Assembly: GCA_019311115.1 (NCBI GenBank)
Contig: JAFDDB010000004.1
Span: 5,121-69,120, forward strand
Origin: Deltaproteobacteria bacterium
GTDB lineage: Bacteria; Myxococcota_A; UBA9160; SZUA-336
Reading direction: 5' to 3'
Length of the DNA stretch: 64,000 bases
Shown here: piece after piece, positions 9,006-18,261 of the stretch
Layout of the letters: every line of letters begins with the position of its first letter
How positions within the stretch are numbered: the stretch's first letter is position 1
Notes under the pieces: generated by a model
Seen by the model: only the letters and a program-made list of their open reading frames with translations
The model's database searches: none
Told to the model about the DNA's origin: nothing
Position numbers and translations under genes: made by a program

Positions 9006-9997
9006 CGCCCGCTGAGTTCGTCGGCCAGGTCGCGCGCCTCGTCGAGACGGGGGTCGCCCGCCGAGGCGTCCCGATCGTACGCGCCCCGGTACTCGATGGG
9101 CAGCGTGTCCGCGATCAGGTAGCCCACGATGTGCATCGCGCGCTCGCGGCGCCCCCCTGCGCGCTCGAGCAGCTTCGCGGCGGGAACCGGCACGCCGATC
9201 CGGCCACGTACGATGCAGGGGTGCGCGTGGTCTTCCTCGAGCGGGACGAGCTTCTCGCACCCGGCGAGTCCGAACGGAACGACCACCGCGTCTGGGTGTC
9301 CGAGATACCGGGCCACCGCCGCGAGACAGGGCTGCATCGCACCGTCGCGGCTGCGCGAGCCTTCGGGAAAGACCAGCAGGTGCTCGCCCGCCTTCAGGCG
9401 CTCGTCCGCCGCCTCGAAGATCCCGCGAGCGATCTTCGCGACCTCGCGCGCCGACATCACCGCCTCGCCTGACGCGCGGCTCGTGCTCTGGGGCATCTTG
9501 ATCGTGCCGAACGTCATGCTGGCGAGCCTGCGCACTGGATGGGTGTAGACCTTGGGACCGACCAGCGTCGTGAGAATGCTCGACACGTCGCCGTAGCCGG
9601 CGTCGGCCATCAGGTAGTCGAGCACGTTCACGTCGACGAACGACAGGTGGTTGCCCAGGAATACCGCGGGCCGCTCCCTGGCCACGTCGAGCCGCCCGGT
9701 ATCGTCGAGCGCGGAGCCGTCGAGCACGACCCTGCCCATGATCGCTCGCGACACGCTGCGCGCCAGTGGGTCGGAAGGGTGGAATCCCCAGGTCGCCCCG
9801 GTCTTTCGCGCGCGCTGCAGGAAGGCCTCGAAGCCGGCCTCGCCGTAGTCACTCGTGCACGCGTCGATGAGTGAGTACAGGTCCGGCGCGTCGCCGGCAC
9901 CCCAGTCGCTCAGCAGGCGGGACATCTGCGACACGAGACCCGCGCGGTCGAGGGCGATGTCGCTGGCTTCCGGGGACGTGGCCATGGCCGCGAGCAT
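9002..9997 (-). CDS. PlsC/LPLAT-family acyltransferase (1-acylglycerol-3-phosphate acyltransferase-like)
   Basis: HxxxxD box FLGNHLSFVDVNV and FPEGSRS motif; ~110-aa N-terminal extension; stop overlaps the next gene's start. Confidence 0.65.
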   Translation of the reverse strand: MLAAMATSPEASDIALDRAGLVSQMSRLLSDWGAGDAPDLYSLIDACTSDYGEAGFEAFLQRARKTGATWGFHPSDPLARSVSRAIMGRVVLDGSALDDTGRLDVARERPAVFLGNHLSFVDVNVLDYLMADAGYGDVSSILTTLVGPKVYTHPVRRLASMTFGTIKMPQSTSRASGEAVMSAREVAKIARGIFEAADERLKAGEHLLVFPEGSRSRDGAMQPCLAAVARYLGHPDAVVVPFGLAGCEKLVPLEEDHAHPCIVRGRIGVPVPAAKLLERAGGRRERAMHIVGYLIADTLPIEYRGAYDRDASAGDPRLDEARDLADELSGR

Positions 9998-10129
9998 AGC
10001 AACGGACCGCGGCGGGGCACCTTGCTCTGGCGTCGTCTCTGTCTCGGGCTGGCGCTGGCCGGTCGCGCATGACGCCGCTCCGGCGCCTGCGGTTTGCGCC
10101 GCTGTCCGAGCCCCCTAGAGTGCCGCGCG

Positions 10130-10888
10130 ATGCGGGATAGAGTGTTGGCTGGGCGGCGGGTCGCGGAGTTCAACCGGCTCTACACCAGGGATTTCGATCG
10201 CGACGTGGCGATCTACCTGGACCTGGCCTCCAAGTACCCGGGCCCCGTGCTCGAGCTCGGTTGCCAGACGGGCAGGGTCACGGCGCGCTTGGCACAGGCG
10301 GGCCACGAAGTCGTCGGGATCGACACGAACCGGCCGATGCTCGAGATCGCGAGCGCGCGGGTCGAGCCCTGGTCGGAGCGCGGCCGGGTCATGGACTTCG
10401 ACCTGCGGCACGCCGCGCTGGCCGAGCGGTACCAGGTCTGCATCGCGCCCCTCTACGCCTTCAACTCGCTGATCGACGTCGAAGAGCAGCGCCTCTACCT
10501 GCGCCACCTGCAGTGTTCGATGCGCTCGCCGGGCATCGTGGCGTTCGACCTGTTCTGCCCGCTCTCCTTCGTGCGTCCCGAGGAGACCGGCGAGTGGCGG
10601 GTGATCGAGCGCGAAGTCGAGGGCAGCCGCCTGGTGGTGCGCGATCGGCGCGAGATGCTCACTCCGCTGCTGGAGCGCCGGATCCAGGCGTTCCGGATCG
10701 ACGGTTCGACCGAGCACGAGAGCGAGACTCACCGCCGCTACCTGCCGCCGCAGAGTGCCGCGAGCCTGCTGCTCGAGAGCGGCTTCGAGAGCGTGCGCTG
10801 GCTCGACGGCTACGACCTGTCGACCCTCCGGCCGGTCGAGGACGACGCGCGCCCGCAGGGGCCCTTCATGGTGATTGCCGAGCTATAA
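10130..10888 (+). CDS. Class I SAM-dependent methyltransferase
   Basis: VLELGCQTGRVTARLAQAGHEVVGIDTNRPML motif I/II. Confidence 0.6.
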   Translation: MRDRVLAGRRVAEFNRLYTRDFDRDVAIYLDLASKYPGPVLELGCQTGRVTARLAQAGHEVVGIDTNRPMLEIASARVEPWSERGRVMDFDLRHAALAERYQVCIAPLYAFNSLIDVEEQRLYLRHLQCSMRSPGIVAFDLFCPLSFVRPEETGEWRVIEREVEGSRLVVRDRREMLTPLLERRIQAFRIDGSTEHESETHRRYLPPQSAASLLLESGFESVRWLDGYDLSTLRPVEDDARPQGPFMVIAEL

Positions 10889-11008
10889 TCCGGCCGACCC
10901 GCCCCACCCCCCGAGCCCGTGCGCGCCCTGTCTTCCGGTCCCGTCCGGCCCGGGCTGCGCTCCGCCGCTCGCGGCCTTCCCCGGGGCGCGAATCTCCAGG
11001 GAGCCGGC

Positions 11009-12406
11009 ATGGGCGAGAGCCTCTTCAACAAGGTCTGGGACCTCCACGCGGTCCGCGAGCTGCCGACGGGGCAGACGCAGCTCTTCATCGGGCTGCACTT
11101 GGTCCACGAGGTCACGAGCCCGCAGGGCTTCCAGATGCTGCACGACGCCGACCTCGGGGTCCTGTGCCCCGAGCGGACCTTCGCGACGGTCGACCACATC
11201 GTCCCTACCGACACGCACGCGCGTCCGTTGGCCGACGGGCTCGCCGAGCAGATGCTCCAGGCGTTGGAGCGCAATGCCAAGCGGCACGGGATCGAGTTCT
11301 TCGACATCGGCTCGGGCGACCAGGGGATCGTGCACGTGATCGGTCCCGAGCAGGGACTGACGCAGCCGGGCATGACCATCGCCTGCGGTGACAGCCACAC
11401 CTCGACTCACGGCGCGTTTGGTGCCGTGGCCTTCGGCATTGGCACGACGCAGGTGCGCGACGTGCTGGCGACGCAGTGCCTGGCGCTCGCGCGTCCCGCG
11501 GTGCGGCGAGTCGAGGTCGACGGCCCCCTGGGTCCCGGCGTGTACGCGAAGGACGTCGTCCTGCACGTGATTCGGGTGCTCGGCATCCAGGGCGGCGTCG
11601 GCTACGCCTACGAGTTCGCGGGCTCCACCTTCGACGCCATGTCGATGGAGGAGCGCATGACCGTCTGCAACATGGCGATCGAGGGCGGAGCGCGTGTGGG
11701 CTACGTGAACCCGGACGAGACGACCTTCGACTTCCTGCGCGGGCGCCCGCACGCTCCCGCGGGTGACGACTTCGAGAACGCGATCGGCTGGTGGCGCAGC
11801 ATGGCCAGCGATGCCGACGCCCCGTACGACGATCGCGTCGCGATCGACGCCCGGCAGATCGGCCCGACCGTCACCTGGGGCATCAACCCCGGACAATCGG
11901 TCGGCGTAGACGAGACGCTGCCCGCGCTGTCGGAGTTTCCCGACGGCGACCGCGCCACGGCCGAGGAGGCCTACGGCCACATGGGCCTGCGGCCCGGGGA
12001 CAAGATCCTGGGCACGAAGATCGACGTCGCCTTCATCGGCTCGTGCACCAACTCGCGCCTCTCCGACCTGCGCGAGGCGGCACGCGTGGTGCGGGGACGG
12101 AGCGTCGCCCCCGGCGTGCGGGCGCTCGTGGTGCCCGGCTCGGAGGCGATCAAGCGCGAGGCCGAGCAGGAGGGTCTGCACGAGGTCTTCCGGGCGGCCG
12201 GCTTCGAGTGGCGCGAGGCGGGCTGCTCCATGTGCCTGGCCATGAATCCCGACAAGCTGGTCGGGAACGAGCTTTGCGCATCGAGCTCGAACCGGAACTT
12301 CAAGGGGCGGCAGGGCAGCCCCACCGGGCGTACCCTGTTGATGAGCCCCGCCATGGTGGCCGCTGCGGCGGTCGGCGGCCGCGTGGCCGACGTGCGGGAC
12401 CTGTGA
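11009..12406 (+). CDS. leuC: 3-isopropylmalate dehydratase large subunit
   Basis: [14 protein letters not shown]-terminus, aconitase-family Cys motifs GSCTNSR and CSMC. Confidence 0.85.
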   Translation: MGESLFNKVWDLHAVRELPTGQTQLFIGLHLVHEVTSPQGFQMLHDADLGVLCPERTFATVDHIVPTDTHARPLADGLAEQMLQALERNAKRHGIEFFDIGSGDQGIVHVIGPEQGLTQPGMTIACGDSHTSTHGAFGAVAFGIGTTQVRDVLATQCLALARPAVRRVEVDGPLGPGVYAKDVVLHVIRVLGIQGGVGYAYEFAGSTFDAMSMEERMTVCNMAIEGGARVGYVNPDETTFDFLRGRPHAPAGDDFENAIGWWRSMASDADAPYDDRVAIDARQIGPTVTWGINPGQSVGVDETLPALSEFPDGDRATAEEAYGHMGLRPGDKILGTKIDVAFIGSCTNSRLSDLREAARVVRGRSVAPGVRALVVPGSEAIKREAEQEGLHEVFRAAGFEWREAGCSMCLAMNPDKLVGNELCASSSNRNFKGRQGSPTGRTLLMSPAMVAAAAVGGRVADVRDL

Positions 12407-12416
12407 GGAAGCCGGG

Positions 12417-13037
12417 ATGAGTTCGGAAGTCGAGAAGATCGAGCGGCGCGAGGGACGTGGCATCGTCGTGCGCGGCGACGACATCGACACGGATCGGGTC
12501 ATCCCCGCCCGCTACATGAAGTCGATCAGCTTCGCCGGGCTCGAGGAGTTCGTCTTCGCCGACGCGCGCCGCGCGCAGGACGGAACGCCCAAGGATCACC
12601 CGTTCAACGAGGCACGCTTCGAGGGGGCCTCGATCCTCGTAGTGAACAAGAACTTCGGCTGCGGCAGCTCGCGAGAGCACGCGCCACAGGCGCTGATGCG
12701 CTGGGGGATCCGCGCGATCGTCGGCGAGAGTTTCGCGGAGATCTTCGCCGGAAACTGCACGGCCATCGGCCTACCGGCCGTGACGGCGGCTGGCGACGAC
12801 GTGGCCGCGCTGATGGACGTCGTCGAACTCGATCCGGCGTCGCCCGTCGTCGTCGACCTGACGGCGGGCAAGCTGACCTCGCGTGCGGGCAGCGCGCCGA
12901 TCACCATGCCGGCGGGCGCGCGCGGACAGCTGCTCGACGGCAGCTGGGACGCCATGCGGACGTTGCTCGCCGCGCGCGACGAGATCGAGCGCAAGGCCGG
13001 CAGCCTTCCCTATCCCGGGAATTTCCCCGCCCGCTAG
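12417..13037 (+). CDS. leuD: 3-isopropylmalate dehydratase small subunit
   Basis: GCGSSREHAPQAL motif; immediately follows leuC. Confidence 0.85.
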   Translation: MSSEVEKIERREGRGIVVRGDDIDTDRVIPARYMKSISFAGLEEFVFADARRAQDGTPKDHPFNEARFEGASILVVNKNFGCGSSREHAPQALMRWGIRAIVGESFAEIFAGNCTAIGLPAVTAAGDDVAALMDVVELDPASPVVVDLTAGKLTSRAGSAPITMPAGARGQLLDGSWDAMRTLLAARDEIERKAGSLPYPGNFPAR

Positions 13038-13888
13038 TTCGAGCCGGCGCCCCCGCCCGTCGTGGGCGTGCGCAGGCTGCTGGGATCGAAGCGGTCTGCG
13101 GGGAAGTCCATGTGCGTTTCGACGCTCTCGACCAACAGCTGCGTCTCGGTGTAGTCGCGCACGTCCTTCATCAAGGCGTGGTGCGCGATCCAAACGTCTC
13201 CCCGCTTCTGGATCTGGTTCGGGTCGACGTTCAGCACCTTGCGCACCCGGCCGCCCGGCGCGTACATCTCGATCTTGAGCGCGATGCACGTCTTCTTGTC
13301 GATGGACGTGACGACGGACTCGTAGGCCGACGAGTCCGCGTCCTCGGGCAGCGTCTCGACCACCCAGACATCGTGCCCCGAGACCTTCGAGTCGGCCAGC
13401 TGCTTCGAGTGGCCCGGGCGGTTGAACGACTGCAGGTTCTGGAAGTCCTCGAACGAGAAGTCGGTGCCGAAGAGCGTCATCGCCTGGTCGCGCCCGCTGA
13501 TCAGCTTGGGCTCCGAGAGCTCAGGCGTCTTGAAGTAGAGCTCGTTGTCGCCGTCGCGCTCGATCATCAGCAGCATCGTGCCGGCCATTTCGGGCGGTGC
13601 GAGGAAGCGGGCCAGGATCCTGCGCGAGCCGTCCTCGGCGCGCTTGCCCGAGATGCGGACGCGCGTGACCTTGGTGTTTCCTACGCGGTCCCGCGAGGTG
13701 AAGCGCATGGCGCGGATCGCGCCGGGATCCGGGACGTTGCTGCGAGCGCACGCCTTGATGTGCTCGATCGCCGACGTGTTCTCGGCACGCGCCGCCTGAG
13801 GTGTGAGCGCGCCCGCCAGGAGCGCGCCCATCGAGAGGGCGAAGGTGGCGACCAGGAGACCTGCCGGGGTAGTCCACGCGGGTTTCAT
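13034..13888 (-). CDS. LolA-like outer-membrane lipoprotein-sorting family protein (secreted)
   Basis: Signal peptide MKPAWTTPAGLLVATFALSMGALLAGA; sequence features of the lipoprotein-sorting/LolA-like fold family. Confidence 0.4.
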   Translation of the reverse strand: MKPAWTTPAGLLVATFALSMGALLAGALTPQAARAENTSAIEHIKACARSNVPDPGAIRAMRFTSRDRVGNTKVTRVRISGKRAEDGSRRILARFLAPPEMAGTMLLMIERDGDNELYFKTPELSEPKLISGRDQAMTLFGTDFSFEDFQNLQSFNRPGHSKQLADSKVSGHDVWVVETLPEDADSSAYESVVTSIDKKTCIALKIEMYAPGGRVRKVLNVDPNQIQKRGDVWIAHHALMKDVRDYTETQLLVESVETHMDFPADRFDPSSLRTPTTGGGAGSN

Positions 13889-13943
13889 GCCGGCAGATGA
13901 TACACGGCCGGGCCCCGCGTCCAACATCCCGTCGTCCAGGGCT

Positions 13944-14489
13944 TCAGGATCGCGAAGGACGCCCGGCTCCAGCCCAGGTTCTTGCCGCCCAGACCTTGAG
14001 GTCGATGCGGACGTCCTCCTGGCCCCGCTCGCGGAGCCAGGTCTCGACCTCCTGCAGGGGAACTTCGTGCACCCGGATGTCCTCCGCCCCGACGCCCCCG
14101 CCTTCCCCGATCTTGCGCAGGTCGCGGGCCCGCAGCACGTGCACGGACTCGCAAGATGAGCCCGGCGAGACCGTACCCGAGGTGAGCCGTTCCATCGTCC
14201 CCGCCTCGTAGCCGGTCTCCTCCCGCAGTTCGCGGCGCGCGGCGTCTTCGAGCGCCTCGTCCTCGTGCCCGGCCTCGTCGCCGACGAGGCCCGCGGGCAG
14301 CTCGATCACCCGCGCCTGGACCGCCGGCCGGTACTGCTCCACCAGCACGAGACGGCCTTCGTCGGTCACCGCCACGATCATCACGACGCCGCGCGAGCCG
14401 ATCCGTTCGACGAACTCCCATCCCCCGCGCGAGAGCAGCCGCAGCCAGCTGCCCTGACCCAGGACCTCAGCGTTCTTCGGGGAGGACAT
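13944..14489 (-). CDS. NUDIX hydrolase (ADP-ribose pyrophosphatase-like)
   Basis: NUDIX box GLVGDEAGHEDEALEDAARRELREETG. Confidence 0.7.
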   Translation of the reverse strand: MSSPKNAEVLGQGSWLRLLSRGGWEFVERIGSRGVVMIVAVTDEGRLVLVEQYRPAVQARVIELPAGLVGDEAGHEDEALEDAARRELREETGYEAGTMERLTSGTVSPGSSCESVHVLRARDLRKIGEGGGVGAEDIRVHEVPLQEVETWLRERGQEDVRIDLKVWAARTWAGAGRPSRS

Positions 14490-15267
14490 TCTGGAAGAGC
14501 GGGACGAGGTCGGGGCCCTGGCGTATGTCGTGGCCGCCATCGACCCCGATGCACTGTCCGGTCACCCAGCCCGCTTCGTCCGACAGCAGGAAGGCGACCG
14601 CAGCGGCGATGTCGGCCGTGGTGCCGATCCGCCCGATGGGGATGCGCCGCAGGTACTCCTCGACGGCCGGCTCCGCGCCCGCCAGCGGCGCGGCCAGGTC
14701 GGTCGGCACCAGGCTCGGCCCGACCGCGTTCACCCGGATGCCGTGTTCGCCCAGGTCGTCGGCCGCGCAACAGGTGAGCATGTTGAGCCCGGCTTTCGAT
14801 GCGCAGTACGCGGACATCCAGCGGTGCGTGCGCGTGCCGGCGATCGAGCTGATGTTCACGATACTGCCGCCGCCAGCGGCCTTCATGACCCGCGCCTCGG
14901 CGCGCAGGCAGCGGAACACCCCCGTCAGGTTGGTGTCGAGCGTGCGGCTGAACTCCTCGGGCGTCGAGTTCAGCACGGACCCGATCGAGCCGACGCCGGC
15001 GCAGTTCACGGCCAGCTCGAGCCCGCCGAACTGCTTCGCAGCGAAGTCGACCGCGGCGTCGACTGACTCGTCGTCCGTCACGTCGCAGCGCGTGAAGGCA
15101 GCGGCGGAGCCCAGCGACTCCGCGGCCTGCTTCAGGACGTCCTCGCGGCGTCCGCCGAGGACGACCGAGCCGCCTCCTTCGACGATCGCGCGCGCGCAGG
15201 CCAGTCCGATCCCGGTCCCGCCGCCCGTCACGAAGCCCATCTTTCCCTCGAATCCAGCCATCCGCTC
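14467..15267 (-). CDS. Short-chain dehydrogenase/reductase (SDR)
   Basis: Only the C-terminal 266 aa of ORF 14467..16488 are real: MAGFEGKMGFVTGGGTGIG (TGxxxGxG), catalytic YCASKAG; GGAGGAG RBS upstream of the ATG. Confidence 0.75.
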   Translation of the reverse strand, partial: ERMAGFEGKMGFVTGGGTGIGLACARAIVEGGGSVVLGGRREDVLKQAAESLGSAAAFTRCDVTDDESVDAAVDFAAKQFGGLELAVNCAGVGSIGSVLNSTPEEFSRTLDTNLTGVFRCLRAEARVMKAAGGGSIVNISSIAGTRTHRWMSAYCASKAGLNMLTCCAADDLGEHGIRVNAVGPSLVPTDLAAPLAGAEPAVEEYLRRIPIGRIGTTADIAAAVAFLLSDEAGWVTGQCIGVDGGHDIRQGPDLVPLFQNVLPEER

Positions 15268-15357
15268 CTCCGGGGGCCATTCTATCCACACCCGCGAGCC
15301 GGTACACTGGCTGCTCAAGTCCCGTCCACCTGAACGAGGACTCCGGAGGATCCCCCC

Positions 15358-16446
15358 ATGAAGGCCGTCGTCTGCCACGAACTCAACAAGATCTCCGTCG
15401 AGGACGTCACCATCGACCCCCCCAAGGCGGGAGAGGTAGGCATCAAGATGTCCGCGACCGGTGTCTGTCACTCGGACCTCAGCGTGATCAACGGGACGAT
15501 CCCGGCCATGCTGCCCTGCGTGCTCGGCCACGAGGGTGCGGGGGTCATCGAGACCGTGGGCGAGGGCGTGACGAACGTCGTGCCGGGCGACCACGTGATC
15601 ATGTCCTTCGTCCCGAACTGCGGGGAGTGCTTCCACTGCCTGCGCGGGCAGGCCTTCCTGTGCACCGCGCTCCCGCCGACCGGCCGCCAACTCGATGGCA
15701 CCACGCGCCTTCACCTGGGTGACCAGGACCTTGGCGCCATGACCGCACTCGGCAACATGGCCGAGCAGGTGGTCTGCCCGGCGATGAACGTGGTGAAGAT
15801 CGATCCCGAGGTTCCGCTCAAGACCGCGTCGCTGGTCGGCTGCGGCGTAGCCACGGGCGTTGGCGCAGCGATCAACACTGCCAAGGTCGAGCCGGGCTCG
15901 AACGTTGCGGTCTTCGGCTGCGGCGGTGTAGGGCTCAGCATCATCCAGGGCGCCCGCATCGCGGGTGCGGACCGCATCATCGCCGTCGACCTGGCCGCCA
16001 ACAAGCTCGAGATGGCGACGCGCTTCGGCGCCACCGACACCGTGGACGCGAGCGACGGCGATCCCGTGGCGAAGATCATGGAGATCACCGGCGGCGTCGG
16101 CGCCGACTACGCCTTCGAGGCGATCGGCGTGCCGGCCGTCGTGCAGCAGGCCTACACGGCGACGCGCCGCGGCGGCTCGACCGTCGTCGTCGGCGTGGGC
16201 AAGGTGGTCGAGCAGATCTCCTTCAACGCCCTGATGATGTCTCTCGAGGGCAAGACGGTGTACGGCTGCATGTACGGCAGCGTGAACCCGAAGGTCGACT
16301 TTCCGAAGCTGCTCGGCCTGTCGGCGAGCGGCAAGCTCGACCTCGACGGCATGGTCACCAACACCTACACGATCGACGAGGCTCCGCAGGCGTTCGAGGA
16401 TCTCGAGAAGGGGATCAACGCGCGCGGCGTGATCGTCTTCGACTAG
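15358..16446 (+). CDS. Zn-dependent alcohol dehydrogenase (class III-like)
   Basis: GHEGAG(V)IE zinc motif and [11 protein letters not shown] motif; divergent from the SDR gene. Confidence 0.8.
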   Translation: MKAVVCHELNKISVEDVTIDPPKAGEVGIKMSATGVCHSDLSVINGTIPAMLPCVLGHEGAGVIETVGEGVTNVVPGDHVIMSFVPNCGECFHCLRGQAFLCTALPPTGRQLDGTTRLHLGDQDLGAMTALGNMAEQVVCPAMNVVKIDPEVPLKTASLVGCGVATGVGAAINTAKVEPGSNVAVFGCGGVGLSIIQGARIAGADRIIAVDLAANKLEMATRFGATDTVDASDGDPVAKIMEITGGVGADYAFEAIGVPAVVQQAYTATRRGGSTVVVGVGKVVEQISFNALMMSLEGKTVYGCMYGSVNPKVDFPKLLGLSASGKLDLDGMVTNTYTIDEAPQAFEDLEKGINARGVIVFD

Positions 16447-16468
16447 CGGACAGCTCCGAGGCCCGGCC

Positions 16469-17362
16469 ATGCCGGAGCTTCCCGACATCGTCGTCTACAG
16501 CGAGGCCATCGAACGCCACTTCGGTGGCGAGCGGCTGGAGTCGCTGCGCATCGCGAGCCCCTTCTTGGTGCGGTCGGTGGACCCGCCCGTCTCGGACCTC
16601 GAGGGGCGGCGGCTGGTCGGCGTCCGGCGGCTCGGCAAGCGCATCGTCTTCGAGTTCGAGGACGCGCACTTCGCCGTGCTGCACCTGATGATCGCGGGGC
16701 GGCTCCGTCTGAAGAAGCGCGGCGCAAAGCCTCCGGGCCGCAATGGGCTGGCGGCCTTCGACTTCCCCGAGGCCACGCTGATCCTGACCGAGGCCGGGTC
16801 GCACAAGCGGGCGTCGCTCTTCGTGGTGCGCGGCGAGGACGGCCTGGTCGAGCACGACCCCGGCGGGCTCGAGGTGTTCGACGCCGACGCCGCAGCGTTC
16901 GCCGAGGTGCTGCGCCGCGAGAACCACACCACCAAGCGCGCCCTCACGGACCCCCGGCTCTTCAGCGGCATCGGAAACGCCTACTCGGACGAGATCCTGC
17001 ACCGCGCGCGCCAGTCCCCGGTCAAGCTGACTCAGCGCCTCGACGACGACGAGGTGCGCACTCTCTTCGAGGCGACCGTCGAGGTTCTACGAGAGTGGGT
17101 CGAGCGGCTGCGTGAGCAGACTGGCCAGGGCTTTCCCGACAAGGTCAAGGCCTTCCACCCCGAGATGGCCGTGCACGGCCGCTTCCGCGAGCCCTGTCCG
17201 GTCTGCGAGGCCCCGGTGCAGCGCATCGTCTACTCGAAGAACGAGTCGAACTACTGCGCGCGCTGCCAGACCGGCGGCAAGCTGCTCTCGGACCGCGCGC
17301 TGTCGCGGCTGCTGAAGAGCGACTGGCCGCGGACGCTCGACGAATTGGAACGGCGGGGCTGA
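16469..17362 (+). CDS. Formamidopyrimidine-DNA glycosylase / endonuclease VIII family DNA glycosylase
   Basis: N-terminal MPELPDI and C-terminal zinc finger [25 protein letters not shown]. Confidence 0.75.
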   Translation: MPELPDIVVYSEAIERHFGGERLESLRIASPFLVRSVDPPVSDLEGRRLVGVRRLGKRIVFEFEDAHFAVLHLMIAGRLRLKKRGAKPPGRNGLAAFDFPEATLILTEAGSHKRASLFVVRGEDGLVEHDPGGLEVFDADAAAFAEVLRRENHTTKRALTDPRLFSGIGNAYSDEILHRARQSPVKLTQRLDDDEVRTLFEATVEVLREWVERLREQTGQGFPDKVKAFHPEMAVHGRFREPCPVCEAPVQRIVYSKNESNYCARCQTGGKLLSDRALSRLLKSDWPRTLDELERRG

Positions 17363-17381
17363 GCCCTGAGCCCGCTCCGGG

Positions 17382-18017
17382 TCAGGTCGCCAGCCAGGTT
17401 CCCAGCTCGAAGTGGCGGCCCGACGCCAGGGCGGCGCCGCTCGTCACCGGGTTCACCAGGTCGCGGAAGCCGGGGCCGTCGACGGCGCTGCGCGCCGCGG
17501 CGACCGCGTCCGCAGCATCGAAGTCGCAGACCTGCGCTTCGCTCACGTCGTCGGCCTCGTAGGTCGCGAGCCACGCCGCGCGGCCGGCCACTAGCGGGAC
17601 CGCCTTCACGACCAGCGCGTCGTGGCGCACGATCCCGAGCCAGGCGGTGTCGCCCTCGAGCGGCACCGCGGCGGCGATCCGCGGGGTGGAGTAGTCGTCC
17701 TTCTCGTAGTCGAGCGTCAGCAGCGCCGCGGCGAAGGCGTCGCGCACGGGCATGCCCGCCTCGACCTTCTCGGCGATCGGGTCGGTCTGGCTGCCGTTGG
17801 TCGCTATGGCCCATGCGCCGGCAATGCGCAGGCAGTTGTAGGCGATGTACGGGTTCTTGTGTACGTCGCCCTCGTGGCCTTCCCGGGGCACGATGGCGAG
17901 CTTGCCGCCCAGGTCGACGCAGGTGCGGCTCGGGAACGAGCGCGACGACACGCGATAGAGGGCCGCGTTGGCGCCCCCTGTCGTCCGGCCCACGGCGACG
18001 ATGCGTCCGACGTACAT
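17382..18017 (-). CDS. IMP cyclohydrolase PurO-like protein (archaeal-type)
   Basis: MYVGRIVAVGRTTGGANAALYRVSSRSFPSRT closely resembles the PurO N-terminus (MYLGRILAVGR...YRVSSRSFPNR). Confidence 0.55.
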   Translation of the reverse strand: MYVGRIVAVGRTTGGANAALYRVSSRSFPSRTCVDLGGKLAIVPREGHEGDVHKNPYIAYNCLRIAGAWAIATNGSQTDPIAEKVEAGMPVRDAFAAALLTLDYEKDDYSTPRIAAAVPLEGDTAWLGIVRHDALVVKAVPLVAGRAAWLATYEADDVSEAQVCDFDAADAVAAARSAVDGPGFRDLVNPVTSGAALASGRHFELGTWLAT

Positions 18018-18261
18018 GCTCCCCTCCATCCCGATGAGGAACGGATCCTCGCACGCGTCCCCCGGGCGGACAAGGCGGGCCGGGAGTTCTTGACCGCGAG
18101 TCACGCGGGAACGCGCTCAACCGCCGGGGGTCTCCGGCCGATCCGGGGACTGTCGCCCGTGGCGGGCCCGGCACTTCGGGCCGCCGGGCGCTCGCGCCGC
18201 AACGCGGCGCAGTCTAGAGTTCGCCTGTCCAACGGCTTGGGGTGGGCTTCGGAGGATCGCC

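Noticed and set aside
11009-13037. leuCD lacking adjacent leuA/leuB as a non-canonical dehydratase (e.g. homoaconitase)
   Set aside because: Both proteins carry canonical LeuC/LeuD motifs and lengths; split leu clusters are common, so there is no basis to propose an alternative function from this window alone.
14467-16488. 673-aa minus-strand ORF
   Set aside because: Only the C-terminal 266 aa form an SDR; the upstream 400 aa are antisense to the well-supported Zn-ADH gene 15358..16446 and have no domain features.
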